Of a DNA stretch of 64,000 bases, positions 14,101 through 25,638 are shown piece after piece. Each line of letters begins with the position of its first letter. Position 1 is the stretch's first letter. The DNA is from Selaginella moellendorffii (lineage: Eukaryota > Plantae > Lycopodiophyta): NCBI RefSeq assembly GCF_000143415.4, contig NW_003314270.1, positions 1,729,048 to 1,793,047 on the forward strand, read 5' to 3'. The notes under the pieces are model-generated. The model worked only from the letters and a program-made list of their open reading frames with translations. It ran no database searches and was not told the DNA's origin. Position numbers and translations under genes: made by a program.

Positions 14101-14190
14101 AGTGTCATAACGAATCTCTTGTAGGACACAGTGGAATATCCAAGATAATAGGCTTGCTTAAGAGAAACTATCAATTGCCATATACAAGGC
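11150..14190 (+). pseudogene. Heavily decayed Ty3/gypsy gag-pol
   Basis: Remnants in order: gag, RT (FDSLEKVKYFSRIDLKSRYYQIRV), RNase H (FGKDFEVET...KLDKAQQEWLAHKKELSTLVKALKKW) and integrase zinc-finger region. Many stops and frameshifts. Confidence 0.85.
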
Positions 14191-15405
14191 CATAGTCAAC
14201 AAGTTATAGAATTAGATAGATTTGTTTGATGTGGGTATTAAACTTCTTCTATAGGTGCTAGAATTATAAAGAACCAACTCAAAATCATAACAAGAATAAC
14301 AAAGAGTTCATTAAATGAGACCAAATCCAAGATCTAGTTTGAGATTGAGTCTTATAAAGAACTAACTCACCAAAATATCATAAGCTAAAAGACCGTCCAA
14401 AATGATAACTTGAATGATAAATAGTTCATTAGATGAGATTAAGTCCAAGATCTAGTTTGACATTAAGTCCAAGATCGAGTCTAAATACTAATATAAATCA
14501 TGGGGTGAAAACCCAAAGCAATTGTTTCCCATAGAGGGGGATACAAAGGGTTCCAAAAATATAGTAGGGATAGTGAGGATAAGAACTTAGTCTTGAAAGA
14601 ACTTTTCAATAGTGCTTCCAAACAAAGTTGGGGTTGGCATTAAATTTGGTACGAGTGAGTATAGACATAAAAAGTGCCAAAGAGGCTCCTTAAGAAAGTG
14701 TTTAAAAGAAAGTGTTTAAAAGAAAGTGTCTAAACCTTTCTAGGTGGTTGGGCCTTCCCTTTGGGATGGAGGTGGGGAGTCAAAGTGCTTATATTAGGTT
14801 GTTAGGCCATGGTATTTCCCCTTAAGGTCCCAAACTAAGAGATGCACCTAAAATTTAAGATTTAAAGAGTCCTATGAACAAGTTTTGTTATATTATAAGA
14901 TGATAGGAACTTGGATACTTGGTGTGCTTGGCTACTTGTGCTTACAGAGAAAGTAACTGAACTTTAAGTCCAATCTAACCCAAGGAAGGGGATTGAATGA
15001 GAGTTTGGGGAATCCATGATAAGTTGGCTAATATCTCGTTACTCGTGTAGTAAATAGTTGAATTTAAGTAAAACCAATTAAGAGTTAGTACTATAAGTGT
15101 GAACCTTGGCAAAGGAACTTAAGTATAACCAATGCAAAAGTGGTCGGATAGACAAAATAAGCTAGCAAACTGGAAAAAAGAAAATTTAATGCCTACAATG
15201 ACTTCAATAATATGGTGGAGTATAATCAGAAAAATACTTAACAAAATTAAGATATTACACTTTGTCAAGGAAGCACTATATATATATACCTAGAATAGAG
15301 AACCTTAGAAAAATGGCCAGTTAGTCAAAATCAATTTGTAAACTCTACCTAAGATAAGTGGTCCTATTCCAAATACACACTTAAATTGCTTTAGATTTAA
15401 ACCAA

Positions 15406-15505
15406 NNNNNNNNNNNNNNNNNNNNNNNNNNNNNNNNNNNNNNNNNNNNNNNNNNNNNNNNNNNNNNNNNNNNNNNNNNNNNNNNNNNNNNNNNNNNNNN
15501 NNNNN
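15406..15505. other. Assembly gap (100 N)
   Basis: Run of N. Confidence 1.
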
Positions 15506-15529
15506 ATTTTTCAAGAGTGGTCAAAAAAG

Positions 15530-17430
15530 GCATTTTCATCTATTATTTTTGAAGCTCAAATTTGTTTTTAGCAATTATTGGTGATGATTGATTATCATCA
15601 AGGATAGGTGGTTATCTTTGTTAGAGATATTGTTAGTTTGCCATTTTTGGGGTAGTAGTTTATTTTTTGACAATGATTATGCATCTCTATTAATGGGATG
15701 ATTGTTGATCTTTTGTGATAGTTATTTTTTTTCTTTGATAGCTTTTAGCTTTTTGTGTTATTATATATTTTTTGTGGTTTGCTCTAGATTGATCTCTTGG
15801 GATTGAAATATCAATAAAATATTGTTACTACTTGCTTTAGCAATTTTAGTTCTTTAATATTATTAACTAGGGTTTATTCAGATTGGTTAGTGAGATGGTT
15901 AGTATATATAAAGTGTTTGTTAACCTTTCAATATTCATTTATAAGATATTTATATAGTTGATTATGCTAAATTGGAATATTATGGTATATTTATGAGCAC
16001 TTTGCATTTTGGGTGATGATACTTTATAAGTATTGCATTTTATATTAATCTTTGTGGTTCATATCCTATATTAATTTATTGAATGATAGAATTATAAGCT
16101 CATGATTTTGGACTTCCCAGGAGGTCACCCAACTTAATATTACTCAAACTAAAAATACATAACCCGAAACATATTAAAAGCTTTAACTAATTGGTAAAAA
16201 TGGTGCACTCTTGGTTATTGGCCTTTCCCTCTATATTTAAACCACTACGGATAATCTTTCAAGTAATTTCCTTTGGTTACTTACAAGATTATTTTCATGT
16301 TCTAGTCTAAGATGTATTCACTAATAATTCAATGTCTCTTAGATATCTTTATTTATGACTTTGATATTATTCATCATATTGATCTTGAAATTTGGGTTAA
16401 TATAGACAAATTGATTTTAACAGTTTGTATGTATAGTGAAATCTTTAGTCATGGGATAACTACTATCAACTCATAGATAACCCATCTCTCTCTCTCTCAA
16501 TGTTCCTAATTTTCAAGGCAATTCTGTAAAAAACTCTAATTGTATATTTACAGTAATCTATCTAAACCTTACTGATGGGTTTAGTTTATTTGTTTAGAGG
16601 TTTTTGGCTTCTTTCTCTATATCATATACAACTAGGGGCATGTAATTTTTTGTAAGCTAGGTGACACCTAAAGCAACAAGGGTGGTTAATTCGATTGGTC
16701 ATTTCCTTGTTAGTGATTGTTAGATGATGTTTGAGTGTAAGTACATTTTCCATAAATAGAGAGGTTATTCTACAACTCATTTATGTTGATGTATGTTCAC
16801 TACTATAAACTTTTTTTGGAGTTATTTCCTCAACGGTGGTCTAGACTAAAGTATGCATTGACAATGATATTGCTCTTCCTAAAGGGGAGGAGCATGTCGC
16901 AAATATAACTACAGGTATCAAAAATTATCTGTTGGCAAGTTTTTTTGGTTATTCTTTCTTACTACCACAATGGCAAGAGCTCAATATTTCTTGTTTTCTT
17001 TGTTAGTATCTTTTGTTCATGAGTTACTAAACTAGACTTAACATTCATACTTGACTAAATGAGCATATGGAAGGAATTCCTTAATGTCTATTTACCCAAG
17101 TTTGACTTGAGTTGTTAATTCTTTTTTGCTCTGTCTCATATTGGCTTGACAAGAACTTTCATGTATTGAGCATAAGTCCCTCAATAACACTACATGATAT
17201 TTACTATATCCATTAAACACCCTTACAATCATGCCCTATGTGCTAGTTTTGTTTCAGTTCTATTAGCTATTATGGAAAGTATCTAGATTTTAGCTATTTA
17301 TAGAAAATTTCTAGATCTACCAATTAAGCATATCTATAAAATATAGAAATTGTATTGAACACAATAGTGTTACTTTTGCTTCTAGTTTTGCAGTTTAATA
17401 TCATTCCATATTTAGTATTTTTTCAAGTTT
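15530..17430 (+). mobile_element. Old degenerate copy of the non-autonomous LTR family
   Basis: Similar to 6340-7340. PPT aaggggaggagca followed by TGTCGC at ~16895. Confidence 0.65.
16093..16285 (-). mobile_element. Cassandra solo LTR
   Basis: Homologous to 567-762, including ggacttcccaggaggtcaccca. Confidence 0.75.
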
Positions 17431-17441
17431 GTCTTAGAGGC

Positions 17442-17877
17442 TATAAGCAAATAAAGAGAATGACTTGAAAAATGATCCATAAGCGTTCAAATGTATAGGG
17501 AATGGGCCTATAAACAAGAGTGAACCCCCTTTTTAATTAGTTAAAAGTATTAGGATACTTAGGATTAAATGTTCTTGGGTATAAGTAGTATTGAGCTTAG
17601 TGACCTCTTAAAAATCCAAATTAAAGAGTTTGTATTTAGTATCAAAGAGGTTTTAGATCTAACTTTGTTAATTGGCTAAGGGAATCACACCATATGTTAC
17701 GATTAACATTTAGCAATCCCAAAAAGTAAGGTGTTAAGAGAGCGATGTTTGAGAGTGAGCTGCAGCTTTCAACTTCCATTCACAAGGGCATAGAAGTGTG
17801 GTAAATTATAAACAACCAAAAATAATAACTCGAGAAATTATCTTCATAGTTTCAAATATAAAACAAAAAGGGCCTAT
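17442..17877 (+). mobile_element. Degenerate Cassandra TRIM (second LTR truncated)
   Basis: Homologous to 8122-8590. PBS-like tttagtatcaaag at ~17635. Confidence 0.65.
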
Positions 17878-18639
17878 TGTCGTGAATATGATTTCAAATA
17901 TTAAAAGATATTTGTTGGCCAGTCCTTACGGACACTCTTTCCTTACTGCCACGACAATAGGAGGCTAGTACTACTAGTTCCCTTTATAGTTTCTACCCAA
18001 GCTAGTTGAGAAACTGAATAACATATATGTATTTAGACCGGAAGGGCACTAAAGAAGGAAATCCTAAGTTGTTATTAACTCAAACATACTTGACACAGTG
18101 GTAAGAAACTTTTATTGTTGGCTTGCACTTACTAGTGTTGAGAACCCCCACAATATTGAATTTGATCCCTCAATATTTACTAGATGATAGCTTACCATAT
18201 TTACTAAACACCCTCGCTATTATGCTCTTTGTGTTGGTTTTGTTTTGGTTTCATTAGTTATTTATAGAAAGTGTCTGGTTTTACTAATTTGGCATATCTA
18301 TGGAATGTAAAGATTGTTCTAAACATAATGGTATTAGTCTTGAATACATTGGTACTAATCCCATATCTAAATTCACAACCTAACACCATTCTTAGTAAAT
18401 TCTATCCTAAAGAATAACTTTTAGTACTAAGGGTGGCTAAAAGTGAGAGCCCAAAGCATGCCATCCTCAAGGGGGGGGAGGGGGGCTTAGGGGGGGTTTT
18501 AAATGTATAAAAGGGATAGTGGTTGACCATTTTGCATGTAGTTGCTAAATATGAGGAGCTAATGCTTGTAGAATTGAAAGTGTACCAACCCTCAATTCGT
18601 AGTGCAACAAGCTTGGAGTTTAACTCCAAATTCATGTGT

Positions 18640-18774
18640 GTTACACCCATAAACAAGAATACACCCCCTTTTTTAATTGGTTAAGGGTTTTTGGATATTT
18701 AGGATTAACTGTCTTTAAGTTTAAATGATATTGAACTGAGTGACCTCCCAAGAAATTTAAATTCAACAGCTTAT
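18640..18774 (+). mobile_element. Cassandra LTR fragment
   Basis: Homologous to 8580-8714. Confidence 0.6.
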
Positions 18775-19025
18775 AAAGACTACTTGAATTACTTCCTTTA
18801 TAGTGGGTTAAACCATATATTGTGACTATCATAGTGAGTTTAGACTAAATAATGTAAACTTAGTCATTCATATAAAGAATTATAGTGCACATAACTATGC
18901 CATGAGATTATTGATATGCTACATGATATATTATTACCATATATCCTTAAATACTTACCCTTTTCTCAGTTACCCTAAGTAAAGAGAGAGAGATAAAGTG
19001 CTTCACTTTTATATATAATATTTTA

Positions 19026-19216
<191 letters not shown>

Positions 19217-19322
19217 AATATATTTGTTCAATTTATACTACAAAATACAATTTTATCAATACTTGCTATAATTTAGGATTTTTTTCTTCTCTCTTATTCT
19301 CATCTACAAAAGTTCTTTGAAA

Positions 19323-20186
19323 ATGAAAATGTTACATGTTAGGATAATGTTAATACTATTTATTATATTGATATTAACTCAATTCTCAAGCACATTACCA
19401 CCATCACTTAATAAGTATGAGGTAAAGTTTGGTAAAGATAGAAAATTAACTTCAGATGACATGGAAAAAGTTCTTCTTGCAATCAATCAATTAATAGATA
19501 AAATTATTTACAATAAATATGATTATTCATATATTTATTCAGATGCAGATTCTGTTAGTGTTTCATGTGGAACTATTAAGATTTTCATACAAGCTAAACC
19601 TAGATGCTCTCAACATGACACACCAGCAACATCAAAAGGTTCAAATTTGATTTTGGGGTTTGAAAGACTTATACATCCATATATGAGTTATCTTAAAATT
19701 AATCTTTGTGACTCTTTTGAAAATGAAAATCCTCGTTACTTCATGAAGTTTGAACTGGAAAAAGAACGGGAAGATTTATATGAAAAAACTAGGATTTTAG
19801 ATAATCCATTTTCATGTTACCTTAAATTTAGTACATTAATAAGTCCATCAACAATTTATCTTGGAGATTACTTAATTTCTCCTAACGGTAAAGTTATTTT
19901 ACTTTTAGAATCAAACTGTAATTTAGTTCTTTATTATCTAAAGATTAAACTATGGGAATCAAAAACATCATCAATTTTTATTAAATATTGTAAATTAAAA
20001 CTACAAAATGATGGCAACCTAGTTTTATATAATAACAGCATAGCCATATGGGATACTCAAAAGTATTGTTTTAAATGCATTCAAGCTTTTTATTTTACTA
20101 TTCAAAATAATTGTAATATAGTTATTTTTATAGTAAAATTTAGAGATGAAGAATTTTGGAAATTAAACAAATATTCTTTATGTTAA
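19323..20186 (+). CDS. Secreted protein with C-terminal bulb-type (GNA/B-lectin) domain, intronless
   Basis: Hydrophobic signal peptide (IMLILFIILILTQFSS). Lectin repeats LISPNGKVILLLESNCNLVLY...LWES, LKLQNDGNLVLY...IWDT and IQNNCNIVIF, one with an intact QxDxNxVxY motif. First ATG at 19323. Confidence 0.8.
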   Translation: MKMLHVRIMLILFIILILTQFSSTLPPSLNKYEVKFGKDRKLTSDDMEKVLLAINQLIDKIIYNKYDYSYIYSDADSVSVSCGTIKIFIQAKPRCSQHDTPATSKGSNLILGFERLIHPYMSYLKINLCDSFENENPRYFMKFELEKEREDLYEKTRILDNPFSCYLKFSTLISPSTIYLGDYLISPNGKVILLLESNCNLVLYYLKIKLWESKTSSIFIKYCKLKLQNDGNLVLYNNSIAIWDTQKYCFKCIQAFYFTIQNNCNIVIFIVKFRDEEFWKLNKYSLC

Positions 20187-20344
20187 TACTAACATAATAT
20201 ATATATATTATAGTACATGTTATTATTTATTTTCCATATAATGAAGTGTTAAATATAATACTCATTCCCTCTCTAATCCTGAGCATTTAGTGGCAACTAA
20301 AGTGGTGTAAAACCAGAATTAAGTTGATATCATCAATGGAAATT

Positions 20345-20620
20345 TCAAACTAGCTCAAAAACATAAATAAAATGACAAAAATGCTCCCAAGTATAATCAT
20401 TAGGAGAATAGCCAAGCCATTCAATCAAATAATAGAGTTTATGATACCAATATTTCAAGTGGAAAATGGTAGCAAATTGAATTTTTTCCTCACCAACAAT
20501 AACCTTTAGAGAAGATAATGGTGGAATAAGAGTAGGATTAGAAGGGGTGTGATACAATTTATATAAAAAAACATAAAACACTGCATATATAAAGGAAAAT
20601 CAAGTTAATAAGTGACTTTA
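20345..20620 (-). pseudogene. Chromovirus integrase C-terminus and chromodomain relic
   Basis: FYVFLYKLY..PPL..VGEEKIQF...LYYLIEWLGYSPNDYTWE matches the FHVSLL..PPP...YLVKW.GY....TWE pattern. Confidence 0.8.
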
Positions 20621-22072
20621 AATGTGCAGAAAAAGCACAAAGAAAATATTTAGGCATTGATAATCTAGCTTGTTGCAAGGGTTTGTTATCTTCCAATGAT
20701 ATCTTCCTTCTTGAACTAGAAGGATGAATTGGTAAGAATGATGAGTAATTTGAGCCCATGAATGGTGATGGTAAACTTCCATGCATGAGAAATAACAATT
20801 TTTTTTATCAGACTAGATGCAGGAGGAAATAATTATGACTAATGAGGATGAAGGTATGAAACTATATTTTATAAGAATTAAACAATATTACAATTTTGTT
20901 ATACTAAAACTATATATAAATATATATAATGTGTGAAAAATTCACCATGATCAAGTGTGGATATGAGATACTATACTTTTTAAGAAGTTACAAAATTTAT
21001 ATGAAATTAAATATGTATAAAAATTATAAAGAGGTGTTATTCTCCATAGTTGATGAAGAATGAAGAGTGATGCATTGAAGAGTGCTAAGAATTATTATAA
21101 ACAATCAACAAAAGAAAAGAGATAAACCTAATGATCATTTTAATGGGAAATAAATTATTGATTCTTTAATTTACCCTTATTATAAAGATGGTGAGAAGTT
21201 GACAAATTTCTTATAATGAAAAGGAAGGGAAATATCTAGCACTAAAAGGTAAAAATAAATTATAAATTTTGATCACTAATAATATTATGTAAAAATCTTT
21301 GAAGATGAAATATCTTCTTGTAAATAAGCTTAGCCAACTACTCTCCATCAATTATCTTTCAACATAGTACTTCTTTCAAATTGTCATTTTAGAAGATAAT
21401 TGATTAAAAAATTGATGAATTTTATTTATTCCTTCTTTATGGATTTCTAGATGATATTGTCAGTGATCTAACACCAAGCTAATCTAAAAACCTAATATGG
21501 GTATGGGCCCAGATGCCCATCCTTATAAATAGTAAATTTTGAGTTTAAATCCTATAACAAAGATTATTCCAGTATAAATCCATATATATATTTTTTATTT
21601 ATTTATTTATGTAGATTCTATATATAATGATATTAAGTATGGTGGTATTACTACTATTATAAGACAGTTTTAAGAATTAAATTTTTCATTCTGCTTTAGT
21701 CATTTAACGACATCTTTAACTAGTTAAAGAAGTCTCACTCACAATTTCCATAGGTTCTCATCCCGACTTTTCGGATGTCCCAAAACATGGAGAACACCAT
21801 CCCCCAATATCCCTCATTTGGTCCTCACTAAATCCCTCTTTGTTTATGGCAATACTTGCCAATATTGCTATTGGGTTAAGGCATAAAGGCCCAATCACAA
21901 AATCTCATTGACCTCTAGTATTTCCTCACCATGTGATCATATCCTTTATTACTAAGCTAAAGGACCATTCCTCTTCTTTTTCATGATTTAGGACTTTAGG
22001 ATTATATTTCAAATTACTATGACCGAATGCAAACCTTGTGGGTATTCCCCCCACCTTCTGTCATTAGGGTGC

Positions 22073-23195
22073 TGTAGCGTACGTGGTTTTGACCCTTTAT
22101 CCTATGGTGATTTACCATAGGATAACACCACGAAGCGGAACCTAAACCCTCTTTGTGCCACGTGTCACATGCCATGTATCCATAGGAACCCGAGGTTCAG
22201 GGCCTTGGGCCACTGAACGAAGGAACGGCGCCAAACTCCCAAGCATGGAGCCAAGGAGTGATGGAACCGAACCACGGAGCAACTCCCAAGCATAAAGCCC
22301 AAGGAGCGAAGGGTCAAGGGCCCGGAGCGACTTGGAACTGTCCTAGAGTAACCAGCATCCCAATGCCAGGACCAGCATGCAAAACGGAGCAAAACGGAGT
22401 CTGGCGCTATTTCGGCATACTGGTGGCCTAACGCGAGGACATGGGTACTCCACCAACTAGCATGGAATGGAGCTTGGGCTTAGACCCAAGCCGGACGCAG
22501 AACAAGGACAGGCATGCAAGCGGGAGCTAGACTATGCCTCAGGTTGGTCGGCCATGCCCGACCTACCCACTATCCCTACTATACATTTGGAACCCCTCAC
22601 AACCCCCCCCCCCCCCCTTTGAGGAACACACGCTTTGGGCTTTCACCCCAAGCCTCCCTTAGTATCAGGAGTTAGTCTTTGGGACAAGCTCGAAACTTAC
22701 TAAATATGGAATGGTGCTAGATTGTGAATTTGGACACGGGACGAACACCATTGTGTTCAGGCCGATCTCTACATTCCGTAGATATGCCAAATGAGCAAAT
22801 CTGGGCACTTTCCATAAATAGCATTTGGGACCGAAATGAGACCAACGCTAAGGGCATGATAGCGAGGGTGTTTGGCAGACACGGTAAGCTATCATCCAGC
22901 GATATTGAGGGACCAATCTCAATACGCGAGGGTTCTTGTCAAGCCAGTGCAAGACAGAGCAAAAGAGAACTAAGAGCCAGCCCGAGTATGCTCAGCTAGA
23001 AACACATAGGAGTTCCTACCTTATGTCCATCTGGCTAAGTACAGGTGCTAAGCCCAGTAAACTAACACTTGAACAAGAGGGGCTGATAAAGGAAACCAGC
23101 AATACCGACCTCCTGCCATCGTGGCAGTAAGGTAAGAGTGTCCGTAAGGACTAGCCGATAGGTAACTTTCGATACCCGAAGTCACATTCGCGACA
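22073..23195 (-). repeat. 3' LTR copy a (1123 bp)
   Basis: tgtagcgtacg...attcgcgaca. Confidence 0.92.
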
Positions 23196-24108
23196 CTCTC
23201 CCCCCCTAGGGAAGATCGACGTCCTCGTCGATGCACACTCGAGTCTAGAATACCGCCAAGGAAACAACTCCAGAAAAAGTTCACGATACTCACACTATAT
23301 GAGAAATGCACCAACTTAAATGAGTTAGGGGGAAACCTCTTTGTCTAACGCGGATGCGCTACCAGCTCAGACACCTTCCGGCCGTCGCCGACAAGGAAAT
23401 AACCAACGGAGTCAGCCACCCTTGCTGCTCTGGGTGTCACCCAGCTACAAAAGTGTGATATGCCCCTGCCCGCAGAGACCTAGAGAGAGAAGCCAGAGGC
23501 CCCAACCCTCCTGAGCAAAGAAACCAAACCCGTCGGTAAGGTTTAGATAGACTATTGTAAACAGGCAGTTAGAGTTGTTTACACGGTCACGCCCTTTCAA
23601 ATGGAATAAGGAACATCGACAAAGAGGCGGGTTATGTGACCAGTTGACAGTAGCTACCCCATGACTAGAGATTTCAACATGCACACAAAGTGCCGAAGCC
23701 AGTTTGCCTATACTGGCCCAAACTCAAAGATCAATAGATGGACAATATCAAAGTCATAAACAATGATATCTTAGAGACTTAATTATCAGTGAATAAATCT
23801 TATATTAGAAGACAAAAGTATTCCAAGTATGTTATCATCTGATAAACTAGTATTATAGTAGATAGGAACCACCAAGATCATCAAAATTGGTAAACACAGG
23901 ATTTACCATCCAACAAAATTCAATAGCAAGTATATCATCAAGTAAACTCCATGATGAAACTTAACTACCGAAGATAGTAGACAGTAAGCCAACAACTTAC
24001 TAGAGATAACTCAAAGAACACAAAGTATCATTGACTGACAAGCACAATGCTCGCGAATGTATTACCCGAAGGAAATAACATCCAAATCTATCAAAACTAA
24101 CTCGAGCA

Positions 24109-24132
24109 AAGCTCTATTTCGTTAAAGTGGGA
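24109..24132 (+). repeat. Left terminal inverted repeat
   Basis: Exact reverse complement of 46170-46193. Confidence 0.97.
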
Positions 24133-24768
24133 TTTATTCAGTAAAATGGGACTAGGTACAAATTTTCAAGTATTTGAAAATGACGTGAAATTATATGTTT
24201 TTTGTCCAGGGGCTAGACATATCTGGGGCATGGTGACTAGCGCGGTGACTTTGTGTCCAGACTGAGTCCATCTGGTTGTATAATAAATCTCATTGTCAAG
24301 GTGAACAAGCCGAATCTGAAGCTAAAGAAGAGCAATGACATGCACGCACACATTATTTATTTGTTCATTGAGCGTGTGGTGAGCTTTCCAAGATGAACGT
24401 CATTCCTATTAGCTAGACATATAACTTAATGGTGAGAACATTTAGATATTATTCAATGTTATCTTTTTCTAACGAATCTAATTGTGAAGGTGTAGCAAGA
24501 GGCATTGCTAGTCTGGAGAAGTCGTTTAACTCATTTGACCCTTAGTGTATTTTCATGAAACTAAATAACATTCATATTATTAAGGAATTTCTCTAGTACC
24601 TTTTTTTTACGACATAGAGGCTTGCATTTCTTTCAAAGGTGATTTAGTAAAAGGCCTGAGGGCACATGCCATTCTATTTCTCAGACCGGTATTAAGATAT
24701 ACTAGTGCAAAGGGAAAAAGGTATTTGGTGATCAAGTAAATGGCATGAGGGCACACGCCATTATAAGC

Positions 24769-25026
24769 CTAAGTGCTAGTGGACACCTCCTTTTTGGTAC
24801 TCTCAGCGGTACTATCATCCTTCTCCGGGTCAGTTGTTTTGCTTTGGATTGTTGTCTCTGACGTTACTGGGGCATTCTCGATAGTTGTTAATGTTGCCGT
24901 TTGTTCAGAAAAATGATCACCTGGAGTATAGTACGGGGAGTTTGGAAGACTTATATATTCTACATCTTCACCTATCTCCTTCTCCGTCTCCTTTTCTGCC
25001 TCACTTACAGATTTTGTGCTTGCCAT
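24769..25026 (-). CDS. Small Ser/Thr/Glu-rich ORF or exon of the transposon (SLPNSPYY motif)
   Basis: Open frame MASTKS...KEVSTST. A frameshifted homologue lies at 56750-56975. Confidence 0.5.
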   Translation of the reverse strand: MASTKSVSEAEKETEKEIGEDVEYISLPNSPYYTPGDHFSEQTATLTTIENAPVTSETTIQSKTTDPEKDDSTAESTKKEVSTST

Positions 25027-25638
25027 GAGAACGCTCTTCACCCTAAAATATGGAGTTCGTTGTGTTATAAAAGGAAACCAACACATACGCTGCAAGGGAA
25101 TGATGGTACAATAAATCTAATAATATGGCGTGTGGCCCATATTATTAGATTTATGCACGTGTGATTGGTAAATGCATATGTCACATCATCTTTGTTTTAC
25201 CTCACACACTATATCAGGCCTAATGAACCATATCACATGTGCGCACATGCTATATATATGGAGAAGTATTATGCAAGGATAGAAAAATTCAATGCATGAT
25301 TGTGGAGAGCAATGGCATGAAGCCACATGCTAAATAACATTTTAGAGAAAGAATTAAAATAAAAACATGCAAACAGTACTGAGTGGACCAAGACTTAGAA
25401 GTGCACAATTGAATGAGGTATTTCTAATAAATATTTCACTCACCTCATATAGGAATGGCTACCACTCTCAAATGGCGTATCGCCTCATGCCATCACCTCG
25501 CAATTTGTTATAACAATCCGATGAATTCATATTCGGCTTGTTCACCTTGAACTTTAAGTAAGATTTGCTAGAACAACTAAGAATTTATACTTGTTATTTG
25601 TATCATCTCACCTAGGAATGGCGTAAGGCCACATGCCA

